A DNA stretch of 61,204 nt from Candidatus Pacearchaeota archaeon (GTDB taxonomy: Archaea > Nanobdellota > Nanobdellia > Pacearchaeales > GW2011-AR1): contig JAWCQN010000002.1 in the NCBI GenBank assembly GCA_038869755.1, forward strand, positions 3,420 through 64,623, written 5' to 3'. The notes under the pieces were generated by a model. That model ran no database searches. It saw only the letters and a list, made by a program, of their open reading frames with translations, and was not told the origin of the DNA. Made by a program: the position numbers and the translations under genes. Shown here in pieces: positions 38,733 through 47,335 of the stretch. Numbering within the stretch: the first letter of the stretch is position 1; each line of letters opens with the position of its first letter.

Positions 38733-39440
38733 TTAACAAACCTCATTTTTGAATTCTTTTAAAGCCTTTATTTGTATATCACGGATTTTTTGAGAAGTTT
38801 TATATCCTAATTTAATTCCTTCCATTAATTCTTTAGTAGAGATGTTTCCATCTAATTGGATATGTGTAAGTTTTCCGGATCTTGACAGGAAGGACATGGC
38901 CATATCTGTTGCCCCTTCTCCTTCTTCATAATCTTCTTCTTTTTTATTTACATCTACAACCATTTCTTTATCTATTTTGCCGATAGATACTGAATTGACT
39001 AATTCTTTCATTGGAATACCTGCATGTGCCAATGCTAAGGAAGCTGCATTAATTCCAGCACATCTTGTAGAAGCATCTGCCTGAGGTATGGAAATATGGA
39101 CATCAACAACTGTATTTGGAAAATCTTCAAGCATTAACGCAGGTTCTAAGGCCCACTCTGTAATTTTTGATATTTCAGTGCTTCTTTTATTTGGCCCTGG
39201 CCTAACTCTTTCATGAACTGAAAAACTCATCATGCTGTAATTACACCTCAATATCCCTTTTTCAGGATTTTGCATATGCTGTGGATGTAACTGTCTTGGG
39301 CCATATACAGCTGCTATTGCAACTGTATCTCCGAATGCAAATATTGCAGATCCATCAGCATTAGGAACAACCCCTACTTTTGCAATTATTTTTCTGGTTT
39401 CATCATGCTTTCTTCCATCAAATCTTTTTGTGTATGTCAT
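38733..39440 (-). CDS. rrp41: Exosome subunit Rrp41 (RNase PH-like catalytic subunit)
   Basis: Motifs RFDGRKHDETR, DGSAIFAFGDT and QADASTRCAGINAASLALAHAGIPM. Confidence 0.9.
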   Translation of the reverse strand: MTYTKRFDGRKHDETRKIIAKVGVVPNADGSAIFAFGDTVAIAAVYGPRQLHPQHMQNPEKGILRCNYSMMSFSVHERVRPGPNKRSTEISKITEWALEPALMLEDFPNTVVDVHISIPQADASTRCAGINAASLALAHAGIPMKELVNSVSIGKIDKEMVVDVNKKEEDYEEGEGATDMAMSFLSRSGKLTHIQLDGNISTKELMEGIKLGYKTSQKIRDIQIKALKEFKNEVC

Positions 39441-39515
39441 TTTGTTACTAATTTTCCAATAAAAATGGATCTATTTGTCGATTTAATAAACTAATTTTCA
39501 TTATTGATTTTATCA

Positions 39516-40229
39516 TTATATTTTCTCCTTCTCATCCTTTAAAAATTTACTTACCTTTTCTGTAAGTCCAGAGATAAAGGAATTTTCTGCAACAAACATT
39601 ATAGCCTTTTTTGCCAATAATTCATCTTCCACTTTATCAGCCCTTATCCATACTAATCCATTCTGTCCAACAGTTATCCTTGAATTTGTTTCATCTTTTA
39701 TAAGTTTAATCATGCTCCCCGCTTTGCCTATAACTCTCGGAACTTTATTTGGATTTATGAATATTATCATTCCACCTTCCAGTTTTCCAAGCCCTTTTGA
39801 GTCAAGGGTTAGGTCAATCCCTTTTTGTTTGATTGTATTAATTTTAGCACTGAAGAAATCGCCTATGTCCAAAAATTCCGTTATATTGTTTTTATCAATA
39901 TATCTGGGAACTTCACTTAAAGGCAAAAATGAAGATTGCGGGGCATTTATATCTGCCATCCATCCATTGAATGAGATATCAGTTACTTGCCCAATAATAA
40001 CATTTCCTCTTCTTGGAATAAAGACGCCTGATAAAGGTATTACCTTTATTAATTTTCCGGAATGTTCAATCAACCCAAATCTTTCAGCAACTATTTCATT
40101 ACCTTCTCTTCTTGTACCTTCTCCAGGAAGATAGTCAGGTCCTGAGATTATTGTTTCTCCGGGAGTAATTATCTCTCTTTCTTTTTCATCATAATCTTCA
40201 TGAATGTTTTTTTCCATTTCCTGTTCCAT
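39516..40229 (-). CDS. rrp4: Exosome cap subunit Rrp4 (S1 + KH)
   Basis: S1 domain VIGQVTDISFNGWMADINAP and KH domain VPRVIGKAGSMIKLIKDETNSRITVGQNG. Confidence 0.85.
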   Translation of the reverse strand: MEQEMEKNIHEDYDEKEREIITPGETIISGPDYLPGEGTRREGNEIVAERFGLIEHSGKLIKVIPLSGVFIPRRGNVIIGQVTDISFNGWMADINAPQSSFLPLSEVPRYIDKNNITEFLDIGDFFSAKINTIKQKGIDLTLDSKGLGKLEGGMIIFINPNKVPRVIGKAGSMIKLIKDETNSRITVGQNGLVWIRADKVEDELLAKKAIMFVAENSFISGLTEKVSKFLKDEKEKI

Positions 40230-40230
40230 T

Positions 40231-40923
40231 TTATTTTATCTCCTCGCTTAAAACACTTCCATGTGTAATTGAATTTAGTTTATCATAGAATTCAATTTGA
40301 AACCCAACAGGTATGTTTACTACTACTACAAGGTCTCCATTTGGTTTCCAATCTTCACTTTCTTTATAACTCTGAATCAAACCATAGGTATGGCCTGTAT
40401 ATTGTGCAGGTATTGTAAGTTTTATTCTTTTAGTTTCAATTTTTATGGGAATTACCACTCTTAGTTTCTCAACTATATCATTAATTTGTACCTCAATTGG
40501 TTTATTTGTTATATTGATTCCTGCTTCATCTAAGGACTTTTCAATTCTATCAGGAGTATAAGGTCTATTGGTTCTCGGATCAACGGCATTTCTGACGATA
40601 AAGTCTATTACCTGCTTAATCCTTCCTTCTCTTTGTTTTTCTTTATACTCTAATGGAATTTGTATCTCTCCGTTAAGTATTATTTTTTTTACAATTTCAT
40701 TTATGTCTTTTGTTTTGAAAGCTTTTTGAATGTCTGATTCAGACGCATGCATCCCTTTTTTTGAATCTGAGAAAATAGATTCTATTTCAATAATTTCAGA
40801 AATATCCCCTTTTTGGGTTTTTTTAAATTCAAGAGCTTTGTCCAGATCAACTAAAGTTTCAAAGTTTTTACCATCAATTTTTATTCTTGCAAGAACACTC
40901 GTCATGTTAATTATATTAAGCAT
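40231..40923 (-). CDS. sdo1: SBDS/Sdo1 ribosome maturation protein
   Basis: 230 aa with N-terminal FYSH-like region ARIKIDGKNFETLVDLDKALEFKK. Conserved position between psmA and rrp4. Confidence 0.8.
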   Translation of the reverse strand: MLNIINMTSVLARIKIDGKNFETLVDLDKALEFKKTQKGDISEIIEIESIFSDSKKGMHASESDIQKAFKTKDINEIVKKIILNGEIQIPLEYKEKQREGRIKQVIDFIVRNAVDPRTNRPYTPDRIEKSLDEAGINITNKPIEVQINDIVEKLRVVIPIKIETKRIKLTIPAQYTGHTYGLIQSYKESEDWKPNGDLVVVVNIPVGFQIEFYDKLNSITHGSVLSEEIK

Positions 40924-41638
40924 ATTTCTTCAAAGATATTTCATCAACTCTAACTATCTTTTTTGTATCTTTCCTGATGTATGCAACATCAAACCTATTC
41001 AATTCAAAATTTTTTCCGAGGATTTCTTTAAAGATACTTAATGCTAATTTAATTCCTCCGTCAATATTTAGATTGTCATTGTATTTTAGTCTTAACATTT
41101 CTTTGATTTTTTCATCATTTTCACCAATTGCCATAGCCTTATATGAGAAATAATTACCAGTGATATCTGATGAAAATAACTTTGCTCCTGAGTTATCAAC
41201 ACCTGCAATCATTATGGCTACTCCATATGGTCTTGCCCCTCCATACTGAGTAAACATCTGTTTTGTATTGGCAATTTCTCTTATTATCTCTTCAACATCA
41301 ACAGGAGAGTCATAAGTGACTTTATTTTGCTGGGCAATAAGTCTTGCTTTATCAATTAAAACCCTTGCATCACTTAAAATTCCTGCAGCACTTGCTATTA
41401 TATGGTCATCAATCTCTAAAATTTTTGATGCAGATTCAGGCAGGATTAATTTGTCATTAACCCTTCTGTCAGCTACTAATGCAACTCCATCTTTGCAAAC
41501 TAGTGCTATACTTGAGCTTCCTAACCTTACTGTTTTTTCAGCATACTCAACCTGTAACAAATGACCGTCAGGAGAAAACATTGTCGCTGTGCGGTCATAG
41601 CCCATTGCTTGATGCTGAATCTCACTTGGCAAATCCAT
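40916..41638 (-). CDS. psmA: Proteasome alpha subunit
   Basis: GYDRTATMFSPDGHLLQVEYA signature. Confidence 0.95.
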   Translation of the reverse strand: MDLPSEIQHQAMGYDRTATMFSPDGHLLQVEYAEKTVRLGSSSIALVCKDGVALVADRRVNDKLILPESASKILEIDDHIIASAAGILSDARVLIDKARLIAQQNKVTYDSPVDVEEIIREIANTKQMFTQYGGARPYGVAIMIAGVDNSGAKLFSSDITGNYFSYKAMAIGENDEKIKEMLRLKYNDNLNIDGGIKLALSIFKEILGKNFELNRFDVAYIRKDTKKIVRVDEISLKKYA

Positions 41639-41760
41639 TTTTTATAAATGAGAAGTGTAATAATACTTATCTCTTCAATTCTTCTCTCAATCAGAAAATA
41701 TATGAAACTGGAGTTTAAAAGGTTTTCGGCTAAAAATTTAATAACTTTAGTACATTTTTT

Positions 41761-42021
41761 ATGTTAATGAAAAATCTTATATCTTTATTATCGGTTTCAG
41801 GATTAATCACTCTTAACTCTTTTGCCATTATTTATAGAGAGGATTTAAGAGAGATATTTCTTAAAAAAGAGGATGTAACAAAAGACGAAAAAAGGGATGT
41901 TGTTAACGTTGATTATGTCAAGCTTAATAATTTTATTCTAAATTATCTTGAGTCTAATAATATTCCGTTCGATAGGAAGGAATTTTATAAAAGTCGTGGT
42001 TGTCCGAATCCTTTTGATTAG
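41761..42021 (+). CDS. Hypothetical small protein with N-terminal hydrophobic segment
   Basis: 86-aa ORF on the opposite strand, between psmA and pop5. Confidence 0.35.
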   Translation: MLMKNLISLLSVSGLITLNSFAIIYREDLREIFLKKEDVTKDEKRDVVNVDYVKLNNFILNYLESNNIPFDRKEFYKSRGCPNPFD

Positions 42022-42296
42022 CGAATTTTATTTTTTAATCCTTTCAATGTTCCTGAAACTTTTACAACTCTTATATCTGAAAGTGCAAAACTTGCTTTTA
42101 TCTTTTCAATTTCAGATCTGTTAACAGCAAGTATTTTTTTGGAAACAAATATCGGAGAAGCTTTTGCGTATCCTAAAGCTCCAATGTAATACATAATGGC
42201 TTTTTCAATGTCATTTTTCGAGAAGTTGCCTTTTAAGAGAAGATATCTTTTTTTCTCTTTCATGCTTGGTTTTAAGGGCTTGATTTTTACAGACAT
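42018..42296 (-). CDS. pop5: RNase P protein component 2 (Pop5), short form
   Basis: LKPSMKEKKRYLLLKG and VVKVSGTLKGLKNKI align with the archaeal Pop5 termini LPPTLRDKKRYI... and ...VSGTIKRLKRK. Confidence 0.75.
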   Translation of the reverse strand: MSVKIKPLKPSMKEKKRYLLLKGNFSKNDIEKAIMYYIGALGYAKASPIFVSKKILAVNRSEIEKIKASFALSDIRVVKVSGTLKGLKNKIR

Positions 42297-42342
42297 GAAA
42301 ATACATAGGGATATTAATACTTAAATATTTCCAAATATATGT

Positions 42343-43521
42343 TTAAATATTGGAACTTTTTTTTAGAAATCTAAGTAAATCTTCTTCATAATATCTTCTT
42401 ACACTTGTATATGAATCATCCTCGCCAGAGTAAATATCAATAACTCCTTCTGGTTCTCTTCTCACTATTCCGGTAGGATAGACAGTATTTGGTCTGAATC
42501 CATGTGCAAGGCCATGCTCGTTTGGATTTATCAGGACATCAGATTTATATAATAATTTTGAAGGATTTTTATAGTCCAGTCCAAGAATTTTGGCTTTATA
42601 GGGAAAAAATCTTTCTTTTCCATATTTTTTTCTTATTTTTGGATTTACTTCATGATAAACAGCAAACCACAAGTTATCAATTTTTATAACAGGTGTTCCT
42701 GTTCCGCTAAATTCTCCGTTATCGCTACCAATAAGTCTTTCACTACCACCCCAGTAAAGAAGATTGTCCGAGTAAGAAATCCAAATTCCCGGGTTACTTA
42801 TGTCAGAAAACGCATTTGGTCTTGTTAGTGCTGCATAGTCAATTTTGTAATTTTCTAGTTCATCTTTTTTCAATTCAGGGCTTCTTACTTTTTCCGGAAA
42901 TATAGAAAAATCTTTAATCATGATTCTTATTGGCCTTGGTTTTCCTTGTAGTTCAAATCTTCTGAATTTTTTAAAATCCAAAGTTGTGGCCATTGAAGTT
43001 GAGACTCCGTATTTTCTATGAGGAGAGACATAAGTAAAAGCATATATATCTTCCTGCCCTGCCTGAGTTGTTACTTTTGTTATTCTTACATCTTCTATGC
43101 CAAACCTTTCATGTTCGTAACAAGGATAAAAACCGGGACTTTCTTCAATTGAGTCTATTGTTAATCCATCACTGCTTCTTGCGATAATTGGATATGAGAT
43201 ATGTTTTAACCTTGAATATCTTTCTTTTTTCAAGAATACACTATCTCTATATTCTTTTTTAATCTGGTTTTTATTTAATTTATCAACAAGAATTTCAAAA
43301 GGTGAGTTCAAAGAACCATTAACATTAAAATACGGGAGCAAAATTCCATCCTCGATAGGCATTTCAGTAACTCTTAACATAAAAATAGTCTCATTTTTGT
43401 AAACAGAAACTCCGGGATTGAACACACCAATAACCTTCATTTTGTCTGAAGAAGGCTTTACAGATTCAGGAGTTGCCAGCACCCTGAATTCAAGTGGCTT
43501 GGGAGGTTTTATTCTTCCCAT
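42343..43521 (-). CDS. GH130-like glycosidase/phosphorylase (beta-propeller)
   Basis: VFNPGV.., GIEDVRITKV, WFAVYHE and TGIV.. blocks resemble the GH130/DUF377 family. Confidence 0.6.
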   Translation of the reverse strand: MGRIKPPKPLEFRVLATPESVKPSSDKMKVIGVFNPGVSVYKNETIFMLRVTEMPIEDGILLPYFNVNGSLNSPFEILVDKLNKNQIKKEYRDSVFLKKERYSRLKHISYPIIARSSDGLTIDSIEESPGFYPCYEHERFGIEDVRITKVTTQAGQEDIYAFTYVSPHRKYGVSTSMATTLDFKKFRRFELQGKPRPIRIMIKDFSIFPEKVRSPELKKDELENYKIDYAALTRPNAFSDISNPGIWISYSDNLLYWGGSERLIGSDNGEFSGTGTPVIKIDNLWFAVYHEVNPKIRKKYGKERFFPYKAKILGLDYKNPSKLLYKSDVLINPNEHGLAHGFRPNTVYPTGIVRREPEGVIDIYSGEDDSYTSVRRYYEEDLLRFLKKSSNI

Positions 43522-43621
43522 TTTCTAATATTTTAATAATATTTATTTTTAAAAATATTTATATTTTTTCTTATTAAGCCAACTCCAAAGATATTTAAAT
43601 ATCTTTTTTGTTTTTAATTAA

Positions 43622-44953
43622 ATGGAAATACATACACTAGGAGGATATAACGAAGTCGGTAAAAATATGACTGCTGTTGATCTTGGAGATGATATTATTG
43701 TTTTTGATTGTGGACTTTATATTCCTGCAGTTATTGATTTGCAGGAGACAACCAAACAACCAACTCCTAAATTATTAAATTCTGTTGGAGCACTTCCGGA
43801 TGATGATTTTTTATACAAAAATAAGGATAGAGTAAGGGCATTTTTAATCACTCATGCACATCTTGATCATGTTGGAGCATTGCATTATGTTGCATTTAAA
43901 TATCCAAGAGCCGAGATTTTTGCAACTCCTTATACTGTGGAAGTTCTATATGCTTTGATGAAAGACAGCAGGAATATTTTAAAAAACAAAATTACATCTG
44001 TTCTTCCAAATTCCTCCTGCATAATTAAAGGAAAAAACAAATCTTACAAAGCTGATTTTGTTAATATTACACATTCAACAGTTCAGTCAACAATGATTGC
44101 ATTACACACTCCTAAAGGGATTATTGTATATGCAAATGACTATAAATTAGATAACACTCCTATGATGGGTCTGCCTCCGAATTACCAGAAAATGAAAGAG
44201 TTATCAAAAGAAGGGGTCAAGGTTTTGATTATTGATTGTTTATATTCAGGAGATGATAGAAAAACCCACTCTGAGAAAATAGCAAAGGCAATGGTTGAAG
44301 AGGTTTTATTGACAGTAGATCATGGGAATCATGGTATAATAATAAGTACTTTTTCTTCTCATATTGCAAGACTAAAAAGTATAGTTGAATACAGCAAAAA
44401 ATTGGATAGAAATGTTGTTTTCGTCGGCAGGTCACTGGCAAAATATGTTAATGCCGCAAAAAAATCAGATCAATGCCCATTTTGGAAAGACATACAGATG
44501 ATTTCATTTAATAACCAGATAAAGTCCAAACTCAAGCAGATAAATAAAAACAGGCACGAGTATGTAATTGTATGTACAGGCCATCAGGCAGAGCCGGGTT
44601 CTGTGCTTGATAGGCTGGTAAATGACAAACTGCCATTTGAATTTAAATCACAGGATAGTGTAATTTTCTCTTCCAAAGTTATACCTGTCCCAATTAATAT
44701 ATCAAACAGAGCCAATATGGATAAAAAATTAAAAATGAAGGATGTAAGGATTTTTGATGATGTGCATGTTTCAGGACATGGCGGCCGTGAGGATTTAAGA
44801 GAAATGATTAACTTATTGAAGCCAGAACATATAATACCAAGCCATGGAGGGTTAGACAAAACAACTCCTGCAATGGAACTTGCTAAGGAAATGGGTTACT
44901 CATACGGAAAAACTGCTCATTTATGCCAAAATGGAAGCATAGTTAAAATATAA
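43622..44953 (+). CDS. rnj: Archaeal RNase J (beta-CASP metallo-beta-lactamase)
   Basis: MEIHTLGGYNEVGKNM start, ITHAHLDHVGAL, and C-terminal HVSGHG / PSHG motifs. Confidence 0.85.
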   Translation: MEIHTLGGYNEVGKNMTAVDLGDDIIVFDCGLYIPAVIDLQETTKQPTPKLLNSVGALPDDDFLYKNKDRVRAFLITHAHLDHVGALHYVAFKYPRAEIFATPYTVEVLYALMKDSRNILKNKITSVLPNSSCIIKGKNKSYKADFVNITHSTVQSTMIALHTPKGIIVYANDYKLDNTPMMGLPPNYQKMKELSKEGVKVLIIDCLYSGDDRKTHSEKIAKAMVEEVLLTVDHGNHGIIISTFSSHIARLKSIVEYSKKLDRNVVFVGRSLAKYVNAAKKSDQCPFWKDIQMISFNNQIKSKLKQINKNRHEYVIVCTGHQAEPGSVLDRLVNDKLPFEFKSQDSVIFSSKVIPVPINISNRANMDKKLKMKDVRIFDDVHVSGHGGREDLREMINLLKPEHIIPSHGGLDKTTPAMELAKEMGYSYGKTAHLCQNGSIVKI

Positions 44954-44988
44954 ATAGGGTAAAAACCATATAATTATATAAAAAAGAG

Positions 44989-45471
44989 ATGGTGCGTCAG
45001 GATATTTTAACAGGATTAAGAAATGCTCTTGAAAGAGGACATAGTTTACAACAGGCTCAACGAATTCTTTTTAATTCAGGATACAGCGCAAAGGATATTA
45101 ATGAGGCAACTAAGTATCTTGCAGGAAGTATCGGTATTTCTGAATTAAAAAAATATATTCATCCAAGTCAGAGCAATATTCCAACAACTAATCAAAGCAA
45201 TATTCCAGTAACTGGCCAAATTAATCAGAATATCATGCCAAATACGCAAAATATCCCTGTAAAAAAAATCGAACCGCCCCAACAAATTCAACAACTTTCC
45301 CAATATTCAGTTCAGGAACAAATACCTATTCATAATGAGCATTCTTCATCAGGTTTCTGGGTATTATTTAGCATATTATTTCTTTTACTGCTTTCACTTA
45401 TCGGCCTGTTGGTTACTCTTATTATCCAAAAAGACAAAGTGATAGCAATTCTTCAAAGTTTTTTGTCTTAA
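44989..45471 (+). CDS. Tail-anchored protein with small N-terminal helical domain and Q/N/P-rich linker
   Basis: N-terminal LRNALERGHSLQQAQRILFNSGYSAKDINEATKYL, a codon-level tandem QSNIPTTN/QSNIPVTG, and a C-terminal TM helix. Confidence 0.5.
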   Translation: MVRQDILTGLRNALERGHSLQQAQRILFNSGYSAKDINEATKYLAGSIGISELKKYIHPSQSNIPTTNQSNIPVTGQINQNIMPNTQNIPVKKIEPPQQIQQLSQYSVQEQIPIHNEHSSSGFWVLFSILFLLLLSLIGLLVTLIIQKDKVIAILQSFLS

Positions 45472-45472
45472 A

Positions 45473-46039
45473 ATGGATATTTATCAACCGGCAGAAGACT
45501 CTTATTTTCTTGCAGGTATTGTTTCAGATTATTTGAAAATAATTTCAAAATCAGATAAAAATAAAATGCTGGTTTTGGATATGGGGGCAGGATCCGGAAT
45601 ACAAAGTAAAAACCTTATAAGATTTGGAATTAAAAAACAAAATATAACTGCAGTAGATATGAATAAAGATGCAATAAATGAAACAAAGAAAATAGGAATT
45701 AAAATAATAAAATCTGATTTATTTGGTTCTTTAAATAAAAAAACAAAATTTAACTTAATTATATTTAATCCGCCATATCTTCCAGAGCATAAATATGATA
45801 AAAAACCAGATACTACTGGAGGAAAGAAAGGTGATGAAACTATCCTTGAATTTATTAAAGAGCTAAAATATCATTTAATAGAAAAAGGGGTTTGTTTTTT
45901 ATTGTCCTCATCTATGACCCCTGAAAACAGATGGAAAGCAGAAGCAAAAAAACAAAATCTCAAAGTCAAAATAATTGCAGAGAAAAAATTATTTTTTGAA
46001 ACACTTTTTGTGTGGGAGATAAAAATATCTAATCAATAA
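45473..46039 (+). CDS. HemK/Mtq2-like N5-glutamine methyltransferase
   Basis: SAM motif VLDMGAGSGIQS and catalytic IIFNPPYLP. Confidence 0.8.
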   Translation: MDIYQPAEDSYFLAGIVSDYLKIISKSDKNKMLVLDMGAGSGIQSKNLIRFGIKKQNITAVDMNKDAINETKKIGIKIIKSDLFGSLNKKTKFNLIIFNPPYLPEHKYDKKPDTTGGKKGDETILEFIKELKYHLIEKGVCFLLSSSMTPENRWKAEAKKQNLKVKIIAEKKLFFETLFVWEIKISNQ

Positions 46040-46124
46040 TTTACTACAATTATCTTTATAAAAAGCAATTCTATAAACAGGTTGTGTAATGGTATTAAAA
46101 AATAACTAAAAAGAGTATTTTAAA

Positions 46125-47291
46125 ATGAAATTTGCACATCTTGGAGACTGCCATTTGGGAGGATGGAGGTATCCTGAATTACAGGAACTGAATATGAAAA
46201 GCTTTTCCAGTGCCTTGGATTTATGTATTCAGGAGAAAGTTGATTTGGTTTTAATAGCAGGAGATTTATTTGACTCTGCATATCCTCCTATAGATACATT
46301 AAAAGAAACTTTTAGGGAGTTTAAGAAACTTCATGATGTAAAAATACCATGTTTCATTATTGCAGGGAGCCATGATTACAGTGTTTCTGGAAAAACATTT
46401 CTTGATGTTTTGGAGCATGCCGGCTTTTGCGAAAATATCTATAAATTTGAGGAGAGGGAAGGAAAAATTATACTGCAACCGACAATATACAATAATTATG
46501 CTTTGTATGGATATCCTGGCATGAAATCAGGCCTTGAGTTAGAAGGGTTAAGAAAAGTTGTCTTAAACGAAGCTCCGGGATTTTTTAAGGTATTTGTATT
46601 ACATACAGCTTTAAAAGAGGCAATAGGAAATCTGCCTATGGATTCTATATCACTAAATGAGTTGCCGAAGGCAAATTATTATGCTCTTGGCCATTTACAT
46701 GTAGAGTTCGGTAGAAATGATGCAGCTTACTCTGGGCCAATATTCCCAAATAATTTTGATGAATTAGAAGAACTTAAACATGGTAGGTTCCAGATAGTTA
46801 ATTACTCAAACAACATTATTAAAAGAGACACAATAAAGATAAAGTTAAAGGAAGTTTTATGTATAGATATCGAGTTGGAGAATACACTGACTGCAACTGA
46901 AAAAATAATTATGGAGTTGGACAAAAATAATTTGGCTGATAAGATAATACTTCTAAAATTATTCGGAACATTTTCAAATGGCAGGATTTCAGATATAAGG
47001 TTTAATGAAATAGAAAATTTTGCAAAAAATAAAGGATGTTATGCTTTTATAAAAAATATTTCAAGACTAAAGGTTGAAGAAGCTCATACAGATATAGAAA
47101 CTAAAGAGATGCGTGATGTAGAAGATAGCATGATAAAACAATATTCCCAGAAAAATCCATCAAAATTCAACGAAAAAATTCCTGTTCTTATTAAATCATT
47201 AGGAACTGAAAAGCAGGAAGATGAAAAAAACCAAATTTTTCAGGAAAGGTTGTTCAGTGAGATTAAAAGTATTTTGAATGTTAATTTTTAA
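46125..47291 (+). CDS. mre11: Mre11 nuclease
   Basis: Phosphoesterase motifs HLGDCHLG, LIAGDLFD, AGSHD, VLHT and GHLH. Confidence 0.85.
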   Translation: MKFAHLGDCHLGGWRYPELQELNMKSFSSALDLCIQEKVDLVLIAGDLFDSAYPPIDTLKETFREFKKLHDVKIPCFIIAGSHDYSVSGKTFLDVLEHAGFCENIYKFEEREGKIILQPTIYNNYALYGYPGMKSGLELEGLRKVVLNEAPGFFKVFVLHTALKEAIGNLPMDSISLNELPKANYYALGHLHVEFGRNDAAYSGPIFPNNFDELEELKHGRFQIVNYSNNIIKRDTIKIKLKEVLCIDIELENTLTATEKIIMELDKNNLADKIILLKLFGTFSNGRISDIRFNEIENFAKNKGCYAFIKNISRLKVEEAHTDIETKEMRDVEDSMIKQYSQKNPSKFNEKIPVLIKSLGTEKQEDEKNQIFQERLFSEIKSILNVNF

Positions 47292-47335
47292 TTCAGCATA
47301 AACAACAGGTTAATGACATAATTAATAATCAATTC

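Noticed and set aside
45160-45260. Tandem ~24-nt DNA repeat (AGCAATATTCCAACAACT / AGCAATATTCCAGTAACT)
   Set aside because: It is simply the coding sequence of a QSNIPxT low-complexity linker in the 44989-45471 protein.
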